DNA from: Planctomycetota bacterium | Lineage (GTDB): Bacteria > Planctomycetota > UBA8742 > UBA2392 | Assembly (NCBI GenBank): GCA_020848275.1 | Contig: JADLAK010000056.1 | Location: forward strand, 1-64,000 | DNA: 64,000 nt | Reading direction: 5' to 3' | In this document: in pieces, positions 1 to 9,700 of the stretch | Position numbering within the stretch: position 1 is the first letter of the stretch | Layout: each line of letters begins with the position of its first letter | Notes under the pieces: model-generated | Told to the model about the DNA's origin: nothing | What the model saw: the letters and a program-made list of their open reading frames with translations, nothing else | Database searches by the model: none | Position numbers and translations under genes: made by a program

Positions 1-2143
1 AGGTGATGTCGCTGGAGTCGTCGGCGACAATCACGTTGCCGCCGGCATCCTGGACTTCAACCACGACCACGGGGGCAAAGGGCATGCCGCCCGTGGTGTC
101 CGTCGGCTGCGACACAATGCCAAGCTTCAGGGGCGGACCCACCGAAACATCAAAGGCCGCGCTGAGGCAGGTCGCGCCTTCGGCGATGCTGAACTGGAGC
201 ACATAACCGACACCCGCGTGGTCCATCGACAAACTGCTGAAAAGCGCCATGGCCGCGGTGACCGGCGCCGTGATTGTGCCCGAGAGCGTCGCACCACCGG
301 GGTTGACCGCGATCGTGGCCGTCACGTCGCCGACGTAACCGGTGACGGCATTGCCGCCGGCGTCCCGTACTTGAACGCGGGGTTGGGGCACAATGGTCCC
401 GCCGCCAAGAATGTTCCCGGGCTGCACCGTCACCACCAACTGCGAGGGCGCTCCCACAGCCATGCTGAAGAACTCCGAGGCGTTGGTCGAGGCCACGCCC
501 GAAGCCGCGAACAGGAGCGAGTAGCCGCTGCCGGCCTTGTTGAATAGCAGGTTTGTGAATGTCGCAACGCCGTTGACGGCGAACACCTGGTTGTTCTGCA
601 CCGTTGCGCCTGAGGGGCTTGACACCAACCCCGCTGTGATTTGTCCGCCGAAATCGACGACCAGGTTGTCGTAGAAATCCCTCGCTTCAACAACGGGCGG
701 CGGCGGCAACGGCGCGCCCACAACGCCGTCAGAAGGCTGCGCTGTAATCGTGAGGCGATAGGCGGGCCCGTGCGTAATGTTGAACGTGTTGGACACCGCC
801 GAAGGCGTCAGCGGCGGTGAAACGAAGCGGATGGTGTAGGCGCCGGGTTTGGCAAATGCCAGGGTGTAAAACATCGCCACGCCCGCAGAGGCCTTGACCA
901 GGACCTGGCTGCTGGATGTGAAGTCTGCGGGGCCGCTGGCAACTTCCGCGACGATGTTGCCATTGAAGGTGGTGTCGATGGCCAGGCCGTTACGCGCTTC
1001 GACGCGAATGCCGCTGGGCGTGTTCAGGCGGCCTCCCGCGATGGCGTCGAGGGGCTGATCAATCATCGCCAGGTTGTTGGCTGTGGGGGTGATGATCGTC
1101 TGGGCCTCTTCGGTGATCCAGCCGTAATTCATGTAGGGCGCGTTGTGGACGATGTCGTAGCTTGCCACGTACATCTGGAACTTCCGGCCGATCACGGCGC
1201 CGGGGGCGACATCAACGACTGCCAGCAAATTGGCCGTGCCGTCGACGGCTACACTGATGTCGAACTGGTAATCGAAATATCCAACTGACGTACCCACAGC
1301 CAGCATGGCGTCGCCGCCATCGGCATAACCGTTGACAAGGTTTTCGCGATACAGGCGGATCGCGGTGATGTCGGCGGGAGCGACCGTGCTGGACCCGCGG
1401 CGCAGCGTCACACGCGTAACGGTGGGTGGACCGGCGCTGTCATCCTCGATGATCCGGAATTGCAGCACGGGGTGGCTCAGGGAGCCGGGATAACAATTGG
1501 CCGCAGGGACTTGCTCGCCGGCAGCGACGGAGAGCTGCGAGTAATTGGGGCCAACGGACGCCAGCGGGCCCTCCAGGTAACCGGCATCGGGGTACTCGCC
1601 GATGACTGTCGTGGTCGAACCCGCGGCAAACGTCATGTCCCAGATGCCGTAATCGGCGTCTTCCCCGTCGTACATCTGCAGGCCCAGGTAGTTGGTCTGC
1701 GCCGCCTCGGCTGTGACGTCGACGGTCACTATCAACATGACTCCCGCGCTGGTAATCGGCAGGTTCACGTTGGTAAACAAGATCAACCAGTCAGTCTCGT
1801 ACCTGTCCAGGTCGGCCTGGCGAAGTTCCTGTTCGCCGGCGTTGACATTGCCGTCGCCGTTCTCATCGAGCCACAACTGCATCCTGGGGATGTCTGAACG
1901 GGGAATCATGTTGTAGGAACCGGAGGTCGCCCAGACCTTCATGTCCTTGAGCGTGTCCGTGTCGCCGCCATCGCGCTTGACTTCAAGCTGGAGCATCGGG
2001 TTGGGATTGCGGGATTGGCGAATCTTCGTCCCCGCCGGCGGTGTGTTGGGCCCCTCGCCGTAAGTGTAGTTACCCGCGGTTTGCGCATGCAGCGCGCCGC
2101 ACAGCGTCAGCAAGAAAAGAACAAGCATCGCGCGAAGAGCCAT
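1..2143 (-). CDS. Large secreted cell-surface repeat protein (5' partial in window; start at 2143, runs off window start). N-terminal signal peptide MALRAMLVLFLLTLCGALHAQ, EF-hand-like DxNGDG loop, Ig-like repeats
   Basis: Reverse-strand reading from ATG at 2143..2141 gives a signal peptide followed by a long open frame with no stop before position 1. It is absent from the ORF track because it has no in-window stop. Motifs such as WLDENGDGNVNAGE and repeated VTVQPG/AGGN Ig-like segments resemble the next gene. Translation was done by eye. Confidence 0.55.
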   Translation of the reverse strand, partial: MALRAMLVLFLLTLCGALHAQTAGNYTYGEGPNTPPAGTKIRQSRNPNPMLQLEVKRDGGDTDTLKDMKVWATSGSYNMIPRSDIPRMQLWLDENGDGNVNAGEQELRQADLDRYETDWLILFTNVNLPITSAGVMLIVTVDVTAEAAQTNYLGLQMYDGEDADYGIWDMTFAAGSTTTVIGEYPDAGYLEGPLASVGPNYSQLSVAAGEQVPAANCYPGSLSHPVLQFRIIEDDSAGPPTVTRVTLRRGSSTVAPADITAIRLYRENLVNGYADGGDAMLAVGTSVGYFDYQFDISVAVDGTANLLAVVDVAPGAVIGRKFQMYVASYDIVHNAPYMNYGWITEEAQTIITPTANNLAMIDQPLDAIAGGRLNTPSGIRVEARNGLAIDTTFNGNIVAEVASGPADFTSSSQVLVKASAGVAMFYTLAFAKPGAYTIRFVSPPLTPSAVSNTFNITHGPAYRLTITAQPSDGVVGAPLPPPPVVEARDFYDNLVVDFGGQITAGLVSSPSGATVQNNQVFAVNGVATFTNLLFNKAGSGYSLLFAASGVASTNASEFFSMAVGAPSQLVVTVQPGNILGGGTIVPQPRVQVRDAGGNAVTGYVGDVTATIAVNPGGATLSGTITAPVTAAMALFSSLSMDHAGVGYVLQFSIAEGATCLSAAFDVSVGPPLKLGIVSQPTDTTGGMPFAPVVVVEVQDAGGNVIVADDSSDIT

Positions 2144-2284
2144 TGGTTTGTTCCCGTTTGAACCTGCGTAAAGATTACCGGAACCGGAAATGCCATGTTG
2201 GCGATGCGGCTCACTTTGTTTTCGAATTCGAAAATCGGCTTAAACCCAAATCGAAACCGAAAAGCGCCGGCATGGACGATGCCG
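2144..2284 (-). promoter_or_regulatory. Conserved promoter/5' leader block duplicated upstream of both giant surface-protein paralogues. Contains the perfect palindrome TTCGAATTCGAA and the direct repeat CCGGAACCGGAA
   Basis: 2173-2192 'agattaccggaaccggaaat' and 2220-2263 'ttcgaattcgaaaatcggcttaaacccaaatcgaaaccgaaaag' are near-identical to 5241-5260 and 5290-5333. Confidence 0.45.
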
Positions 2285-5200
2285 CTAGGCGTCGATCCAG
2301 ACCCGGGCAGCCCGCCGCACACGCAAAAGCCGGACAGCGGCCAGAAGCGCCAGCATGACAACCGCGACAACCGGCAACGCGCCTGCGCCCACCGAACAAG
2401 TGGACGTGTGGTCGAAGGCGGTGATGATGTCGCCCTCGTTGTAGCTGAAGGCCATCGGCAGCTTCTTTTCCTCCAGCCCGCCGGTCTTGAGCGTGACCTC
2501 GAGGTTGCGGCCTTGGCCCGGCGGCACAAACAGGCCCGTGATCTGGCGGCCATCGGCGGTCACGACCGCATGCCCGGGGCAGGCTTTGCCGCCGATGCTC
2601 AGCTTCGCCGGCAGTGAAAACCCGCTGCCCCGGACGACTATCGCTTCGCCCCCATTGCCGCTGCCGAGTTGCGGCGTCAATTGCTCGACGGCAAACATCA
2701 CGACGCTGAGCGTGTTGCTCACGACCGCCTGTTCCATCGGGAAGAACACGTAGCCGCCGCCCGCGTCGACATCAGCGGGGTATTCGAGCGCAAGCTGGAA
2801 GGTGTCCGGCACGCTGCCGCCTGCCCAGGCCACGACATTGAGGACAATCCAGATGTCGCGCGTCGTGCCGCCAGGTATCTCGACGGGTGCGTCAAAAGGC
2901 AGGTGCGACATCGGCGTGCCGCCGTTTGCTGAACACAGTTGCGTGTCGCCGCCCTCGAAGACGCCGTTGCCGTTGTCAAGCCAGGCCTCGATGCCGTTGC
3001 CGCCGCGCAGGTCAGTGGCCATGTCGGCGCTGCCGCGCGAGGTAAAGTGCAGGCCCGAAAGCGTTGCAGGCGCGCCGGCCACGGTGAACCGGAACTTTGC
3101 AAGCACGTAGCTGAAGTCCGCGCCGGTTTCGCGCGAGCTGTCGCCGGGCGAACCCGAGCCAAGGCCGACGGTGATTGTGGGCAAGTCAATCACCGGGCCC
3201 GCGCTGGTCTGGCCCGGGCGGAACAGGCTGTCCTCGGGAAAAGCGCCCGCGACGTCCTCAAGCGCCACGTTGAAGGTGTCGCCCGTCTCGGCGGTGCCGA
3301 TGAACATCGCGACGAGGAAGAAGCGGCGGCTCTGGCCGGGCAAGAACACGGGCTGTTTGAGTTCTGCGCTGTAGACGCCGTTGTCCTCAGGAAACGCCAG
3401 CGGGGACGTCAGTGTCGCGAACATGTCCTGGGGAATGCCGTCGTACACGCCGTTGGCGTTGTCGTCCTCGATCAGCATCAGCGAGGAAAACGCCGTGGCG
3501 TCGTTTCCGCTTCCCGAGGCGCGGAATTTCAGCGCCGTCAGTATCCACTGCGCGCCGTAGGATGAAAGCGTCACGTCGCACAACATGTGGCCGCGGCGGT
3601 CGACGCCCATCGAATTGTTGGCGATCGTCTCGGGCGTCAGCGGCCCGTTGAGGCGCGTCACCAGGTTATGGTTGATGCAAAGCACACCGGCGGCGGGGCC
3701 CGCAGCGGGCGCGGGAATGCCCATGAAGCCGATGTCGGCGGTAAGCTCCATGCCGTCAACAAGGCGCGTCTGGTAGGTCGCGCCGTCGGGGGCGCTGAAG
3801 GACAGTCGCACAACAAGGAAGAAGCGCCAACTGTCGCCGGGCCCGAACATCGGCTCGGTTTCAGGAAAGGTGAAGCGGATGAAGCCGTTATCGGAGGAAA
3901 AACCGGGGGCGGACCCGATCAGCAAATCGGTTAAGGGGTCGTAGCGGCCGCTGCGGTCGGCGTCGCGGTAAAGCTGGACGCTGACGTAGTCGGCGGCGTC
4001 CTGGCCGCTGCCGTAGGCATAGAACGTCAGGTCCTGCACCTTGCGTTGCGGCCCAAATGCCAGGCGCAGGGAAAAGTCCTGCATCAGAAATTCGCTCTCG
4101 TCGGCGGGCGCCTCGGCCTGGCTCGCCGGCGTGTAGTCGATGACCTCAAACGGCTGGTCGGTGGTCTCCAGGCCCTCCATGGTTTCGCTGGGCGCGCCGG
4201 AACAGCCGGTGTCGGGCGTGGTAAGCAGCGCCGCAACCTCGAACTGGAACGTGTCGCCCTTTTCCGCGCTGCCGGAGAGGCGGACGACGATCAAGTAATA
4301 GCGCCTCTCGTTCGCGGCAAAGACGCGCTGGCCTTCGACCAGCGCAAGTTGCGCCGTGCCGTTGTCGGCGCCGAAATTCTGAAAGCCGGGGCATGCGAAT
4401 TCGTCGCCCGCGTCGAGCCTGGCGTCGGCGTTGACGTCGCGGTAGATCGACACCTGGCTGAAATCAAGCGCGTCGTGGCCCGTGCCCGAGGCGCGCACGG
4501 AAATGGACTCGAGCGTGCCGTTTTGCGGCGCACCGACGCTGGCGATGCTGAAGGCGCCCGCGACAAAACCGTTGCCGCCGGGGCCCTGCTCGGCGGGATA
4601 GACGACCTGCTTCTGGCCGATGTCGGCGGTGACCTCCAGGTCGGGCACGATGCGGTAGCCGAAGTCCGCGACCCCGTCGATGTAACTTGAGCCCAGGGTG
4701 CCGCTGGGGTAGGTGTTGGGGTCGCCGGGCAAGCTGGTCGTCACCGAACGGATGAACTCGACGTCGGCGGTGGGACGCCACTCCGGGGTGTCAAACAGGT
4801 TGATCTCGACATAGTACTCGTCGTTGCCCGTGTACTGCGTGACGCAATAGAGCCGGTCCTTCTTGAGCATCACCGGCTGGTCGAGCGTCACCCAGCGCCA
4901 GCTCCACCTCGGGCAGGTGCCGGTCGTGGCCTGCGCGACAATCTCGCGGGTGCCGCAATCGAACAACGTCACGATGCGCGGGTTGCCGTCATAGGTGACG
5001 CAGCCAAGTTCCGTCACCTGCATGCCGGCGGTCGTGCACTTGAACTGGTAGCCGACGTTGAGATTGGCTTCCCAGTAGAAGTACATGAAGTCCGGAAGCT
5101 CGCGCTTCTGCATGGGGTAGCGGGTTTCCTGCGCGCCAAGGGGCGCCAGGGCGACGAAGAGAACGAGCGAGAAGAACAAGCTGATAAGGAAGCGGGCCAT
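2285..5200 (-). CDS. Large secreted or cell-surface protein with four ~150-aa repeat domains, each carrying an EF-hand-like Ca-binding-type loop (DxNxDGxxD). C-terminal hydrophobic anchor plus basic tail
   Basis: ORF 2285..5239. The likely start is M14 (MARFLISLFF..., signal peptide) at 5200, preceded by an AAGGAG Shine-Dalgarno sequence. Repeats: YRDVNADARLDAGDEF / YRDADRSGRYDPLTDL / IEDDNANGVYDGIPQD / WLDNGNGVFEGGDTQL. C-terminus ...ALPVVAVVMLALLAAVRLLRVRRAARVW. Confidence 0.7.
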   Translation of the reverse strand: MARFLISLFFSLVLFVALAPLGAQETRYPMQKRELPDFMYFYWEANLNVGYQFKCTTAGMQVTELGCVTYDGNPRIVTLFDCGTREIVAQATTGTCPRWSWRWVTLDQPVMLKKDRLYCVTQYTGNDEYYVEINLFDTPEWRPTADVEFIRSVTTSLPGDPNTYPSGTLGSSYIDGVADFGYRIVPDLEVTADIGQKQVVYPAEQGPGGNGFVAGAFSIASVGAPQNGTLESISVRASGTGHDALDFSQVSIYRDVNADARLDAGDEFACPGFQNFGADNGTAQLALVEGQRVFAANERRYYLIVVRLSGSAEKGDTFQFEVAALLTTPDTGCSGAPSETMEGLETTDQPFEVIDYTPASQAEAPADESEFLMQDFSLRLAFGPQRKVQDLTFYAYGSGQDAADYVSVQLYRDADRSGRYDPLTDLLIGSAPGFSSDNGFIRFTFPETEPMFGPGDSWRFFLVVRLSFSAPDGATYQTRLVDGMELTADIGFMGIPAPAAGPAAGVLCINHNLVTRLNGPLTPETIANNSMGVDRRGHMLCDVTLSSYGAQWILTALKFRASGSGNDATAFSSLMLIEDDNANGVYDGIPQDMFATLTSPLAFPEDNGVYSAELKQPVFLPGQSRRFFLVAMFIGTAETGDTFNVALEDVAGAFPEDSLFRPGQTSAGPVIDLPTITVGLGSGSPGDSSRETGADFSYVLAKFRFTVAGAPATLSGLHFTSRGSADMATDLRGGNGIEAWLDNGNGVFEGGDTQLCSANGGTPMSHLPFDAPVEIPGGTTRDIWIVLNVVAWAGGSVPDTFQLALEYPADVDAGGGYVFFPMEQAVVSNTLSVVMFAVEQLTPQLGSGNGGEAIVVRGSGFSLPAKLSIGGKACPGHAVVTADGRQITGLFVPPGQGRNLEVTLKTGGLEEKKLPMAFSYNEGDIITAFDHTSTCSVGAGALPVVAVVMLALLAAVRLLRVRRAARVWIDA

Positions 5201-5324
5201 GCCGGATGACTCCTTGCGGGTTGTCTTGTCCATGCCCATAGATTACCGGAACCGGAAATAATCGGCCGACAACGTGGCTTATTTAATGTTCGGAATCGAA
5301 AATCGCTTGATACCCAAATCAAAA
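5201..5324 (-). promoter_or_regulatory. Second copy of the conserved promoter/5' leader block (paralogue of 2144-2284)
   Basis: Sequence similarity to 2160-2270: agattaccggaaccggaaataat; ttcggaatcgaaaatcgcttgatacccaaatcaaaaacgaaaag. Confidence 0.45.
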
Positions 5325-5356
5325 ACGAAAAGGCCGCCTCGTGGCGGCCTTTTTGA
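5325..5356. terminator. Bidirectional rho-independent terminator (GGCCGCC-tcgt-GGCGGCC hairpin flanked by A- and T-tracts)
   Basis: aaaaggccgcctcgtggcggccttttt lies directly downstream of the stop of minus-strand gene 5380..6588. Confidence 0.65.
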
Positions 5357-5379
5357 GCGAAGCGGTGAACGCGCATTAC

Positions 5380-6588
5380 TTAGGACATGATGGCGTCGAG
5401 GAAGTTCTCGCAGGGTTTGAAGTGCGCCTCACCTTCAAGGTCCTTACCGGTCTCCTTGTCGACGTCCTGGTAACCCGCTTTTGCGAGCAACCACTTGGCG
5501 CCGACCTTGTTGAGTATCCAGACAGGGCAAGTGTTGTCGTACTTGACGGCAAATCGAACGACGGCCGTGTCTTCGTTCAGCTTCTTGATCGAGTCCGGCT
5601 TCATTTTCGCGCGTTCCTCCGCGCTTTTTGCCTCGGCTTCTTTCCGGGCTTCCTTCACTTTTGTGGCCAGGTACTCGGCATCAAAGAATTCGCGGCAACA
5701 TTCCAATCTCGAAAGGCCAAACTGCTTGAAGACCGCCCTTTCAACATTCAGGAAGCGAAACCGGGCGACCGACCAGAGAGTTTGAACTGCTTTTTCCGGC
5801 GTTGAGCAATCGGGCTCGGGCAGATCATGGCTCTCGAATTGCGTCGCCCAGGCAGCCGCGACGCAGTGACCATCCCGCCATTCCCTGATTTCCGGCGAAT
5901 ACTCCCCAAATTCCTCCTTGGCGTCATCCATATCAACGTCCACGCTGTCCCAGCTCTGCTCGCCAAAAATACGCCATTCGTCTTTTTCGTTCTTCCTGCA
6001 AAGGAAGCGTCGGCGCGAAACATTGAAGGTGTCGGTGGCGGCGGACACGTAGACAGATTCCGCGTGCACCCAGACCTCGCCTTTATCGATGATTTCAACC
6101 GAGGCAACGCGATTTTCCCCGCTGTAACTGTCGCCGTCGAATGAGAAAGGCGGTTTCTTTGCCGCAAGCTTTTTGACGTATGCCCTGTGCGCGCTTTGGT
6201 CATGTTCGTCAAAGGACTTGGCCAGCTCCGGCGCAAGAAATTCGTCCATGACCGATTTTTGCACCGAAAGCTCCATCCCATTCACTTCGCTTACCGCCCG
6301 GTCATAGGCAAGCGTTGCTTCCGGCTCGACGGGGTACCACAGCGCCAGGTACGCCTCCACCACCTGCTTTGGCGAACGAAACGACGGCTGCTTGATCGAG
6401 ATGGCTTCCAACTTCAGGTCGGCGATGTTGTCGCCGCTGACGCGGTACTTCCAGTAGGCCTTGCCGCCCGGGTCAAACTCCTTCGCAGGCTTGTCCGCCC
6501 TGGCGGGGGCTGCCGGATCGGCTTGCACGGACCAGCCGAACATCAAAAGTCCGGCGAACGTCGCAGCTACCAGGTTTCTGATCGACAT
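5380..6588 (-). CDS. Secreted hypothetical protein (signal peptide MSIRNLVAATFAGLLMFGWSVQA), Lys/Glu-rich helical C-terminal region
   Basis: Long ORF with a clear signal peptide; no recognisable catalytic motif. Confidence 0.65.
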   Translation of the reverse strand: MSIRNLVAATFAGLLMFGWSVQADPAAPARADKPAKEFDPGGKAYWKYRVSGDNIADLKLEAISIKQPSFRSPKQVVEAYLALWYPVEPEATLAYDRAVSEVNGMELSVQKSVMDEFLAPELAKSFDEHDQSAHRAYVKKLAAKKPPFSFDGDSYSGENRVASVEIIDKGEVWVHAESVYVSAATDTFNVSRRRFLCRKNEKDEWRIFGEQSWDSVDVDMDDAKEEFGEYSPEIREWRDGHCVAAAWATQFESHDLPEPDCSTPEKAVQTLWSVARFRFLNVERAVFKQFGLSRLECCREFFDAEYLATKVKEARKEAEAKSAEERAKMKPDSIKKLNEDTAVVRFAVKYDNTCPVWILNKVGAKWLLAKAGYQDVDKETGKDLEGEAHFKPCENFLDAIMS

Positions 6589-6755
6589 GTCAACTCCTCC
6601 GGGGCGGGGCTTGTTCTCGTCCAGGCCAGTTTATCGAAAACAAGAAAGTCAGCGACGCCGCCCCGGCTAGTTATTTTCGAATGCGAGAAACAGGCATGGG
6701 CCTCAATGAAAACGAAAACCCCCGCCATGGTGCGGGGGTTTGATCGTCCGGCAGG

Positions 6756-9700
6756 CTACTTCGAGCGGTCGGGGTAGGCCGGTTTCTTGGGCACGACCGG
6801 CGGGTTGGCCGCCAGATCCTTTTTCAGCTCCTCAATCGCGCGGTCGAGTTCCGGGTCGGCGCCCTTGGCGATCTTGCCGGGGTCGGCAATCACCTCGATG
6901 TCCGGGTCAACGCCGTAGCCCTCGATGATCCACTCGCCCTTGGTGTTGTAGATGCCAAAGGTCGGCGCGATCACGGTGCCGCCGTCAATGAGCGACGGCA
7001 CGCCGGTGTAGCCGATCAAACCGCCCCAGGTGCGCGTGCCGATGAGCTTGCCCACGCCCGCCGCCTTGAAGTAGTAGGGGAAGGCGTCGCCGCCGCTGCC
7101 CGCGCGGCCATTGATCAGCATGGCTTTGGGGCCGTTGTGGGCGATGCCCGGCGTCTGCCAGTCAGCGCCGTCGCGCACTCCCCAGTAATTCAAAATCGGG
7201 CGGTTGAGCATCTCGACGAAGCGGTCGGGCAACTGGCCGCCGCCGTTCCAGCGTTCGTCGATGATCAGCGCCTTCTTGGTGTACTGCGCGCGCATCTGCC
7301 GCACGAGTTCATTCTGGCCGCGGCGGCCTGTGTCGGGCACGTAGACGTAGCCGATATCGCCGTTGCTGGCCTTCTCGACGCGCGCCCGCGTAGCTTCGAC
7401 CGCCGACAGGTAGCGCAAGCGCCCTTCGTTGGCCATCGTGGTCACGAACACTTCGCGTGCGCCGTCCATTGTCGGCTTGTTGTTGATTTTCAGCGCGACG
7501 GTCTTGCCGCCCAGCCCCTGGAACGCCGCCCAGGGATCCTTGCTGACGTCGATCTCGACGCCGTTGACCGCAATCAGGTAGCCGCCCTGCTCGACGTTCA
7601 GGCCGGGTTCGCGCAGCGGCGAGCGCACTTCGCTGTCCCAGGGCGCACCGTCATAGATGCGCGAGATGCGATAGCGCCCGTTCTCGAGCGAGTAATCGCA
7701 GCCCAGCATGCCGACACTGAGCGACTTCGCGGATTCTTCATCGCCGCCCCAGCGATAAGTGTGCGAGGCGTTGATTTCGCCGATCATTTCTCCGATCAGG
7801 TAGTTCACGTCCCAGCGCGTGACGCACTGGCCAAGCATCGCGCCGTATTGCTCGCGGATTTTCGGCCAGTTCACGCCGTGCATGCCGGGGTCGTAGAAAT
7901 AATCGCGCTCGATGCGCCAGGCGTCGGCGAAAATCTGCTTCCATTCGGCGACCGGGTCGACGGTGAGCTGCATGTCGGCCAGCGACAGCGTTTTCTTTTC
8001 CTTCTTCGGGCCTTCTTCCTCATTAGGCATGGGGCGATTGCCGCCGCGGCTGCCGCCGCCCATTCCCCCGCCGCGGCCCATGTTGCCGCCGCCGCCCCAG
8101 CCGCCGCCGAAACCGCGGATCGTCCAGGCGCCCTTGTTTTCGACCAGCATCTGCCGCCCGTTGCCGGAAACCTGGAAGCTGTTACAGGATTCCTCGAGTG
8201 TCTGCTCTTCGCGGTCGTCGAGGTCGTAGGATACGAGCGCGTTGTTCTTGTCCGCCGAGCCGGTGCGCGGCCGCTTCAGGTACAACACCTTGCCCTCAAC
8301 GGCCTGCAACTGCGCGTAACGTCCCGACACAACGGGCAATTCAACGATGCGGCGTTCAAAGTCGTCGAAGTCGATGCCGACCGGTTTGACTTTCGGCTTT
8401 TCGGCCTTGGGGTCGTCGGGTTTGCGCTCCTCCTTCTTCTCTTCCTTTTTGACGTCGTCGTTGCGCGTGGCCAGCGGCGACTTCACGTCCTTGCGCAGCG
8501 GCACCGCGACGATCTGCGTGCTGTTGGTGTAGATCCAGGTGTTGTCGACATCGCTGTAGATCGGCTCGTAATTGCGGTTTGAGAGGAAGTACAGGTAGTT
8601 GCCCGCCGGGTCAAAGCTCGGCTCGCTGTCCGAATAATACGCCGACGTCACCTTGCGGCTGGTCTTTTCCGTCGTGTCGAAAATGTAGACCGCGTCGTGC
8701 TGGTTCTGCTGGCCGCGCGAATAAGCCATCCATCGGCTGTCCGCCGACCACGTGACGCGGAAACGTTCGAGGTCGCCGTGGTAGGACCAGAGTTCCTTGT
8801 CGACTTCGTGGGTCTTGCCGCTGTCGAGGTCGTGCATGCGGATGCGCATCGTCTGGTCGATGAACGCCAGCTTGCGGCAGTCCGGCGACCATTGCGGCGT
8901 GTATTTAAAGCCGCCGCCAAGCTTGGTGTGGATGGTTTCGGCTCCGCCTTCGGCCGGCTGAGTGGCGAGTTCGTATTCGCCGCCGCGGTCGGTGAAATAC
9001 GCCATGGTCTTGCCGTCGGGAGACCAGGCCGGGTAGCGCTCGGCGATGCCGGGCGTACGCGTGATATTGCGGGTCACGCCGTGCTCGGCGGGCACTGTAA
9101 AAATGTCGCCGCGCGCCTCAAATCCCGCGCGCTCGCCGCCGGGCGACACCGTCGAATTCGCGACGGCTTTGCTGACGTCGACGGTGCGCGGACGCAGGGT
9201 CGAACCGTCGGTGACGACGCTGATGTCGACCGCGCGCGTTTTGTGGCTCTTGAGATCGAGCAATTCGATGCGTGAGCCGTGTTCAAACACGATGTCCGCG
9301 GGGCCAAGCGATGCAAAACGCACGTCGAAGTCGGTGAAATTGGTGATGTGCTGCGCCTTGCCGGTTTTGTTGTCGTAGCAGACAAGGTTGTTGCGCGCGC
9401 ATTCGTTGTCGTCGCAGATGTAGTAGATGCAATCGCCGCTCCACATCGGGCTGCCGTAGCTGGCTTTGCCCGTGGAGATTTCGGCGGCGTCAAGCGACTT
9501 GAGGTCGAACTTCCAGATCCGCGCGGACATGCCGCCGCGGTAACGCTTCCAGGTGCGGAAATCGAGCGACCAGGGCGTGTAGGCGATGGTGTTGCCGTCG
9601 GGCGAGAAGCTGCCATTGTCGCCCCAGGGCATCGGAAGCTTTTTGGGCAGGCCGCCTTTGTCGCTGACGGTGAAGAGTTCGCTGTAGCGGCCGGTGGGGC

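Noticed and set aside
2107-2553. 148-aa minus-strand ORF overlapping the first gene's start and the leader block
   Set aside because: It is in a different frame from the signal-peptide-bearing gene starting at 2143 and covers the conserved non-coding leader. It is likely spurious.
7137-8582. 481-aa plus-strand ORF inside the tricorn protease gene
   Set aside because: Antisense to a gene with clear beta-propeller and S41 signatures; no start-site context and no motifs.
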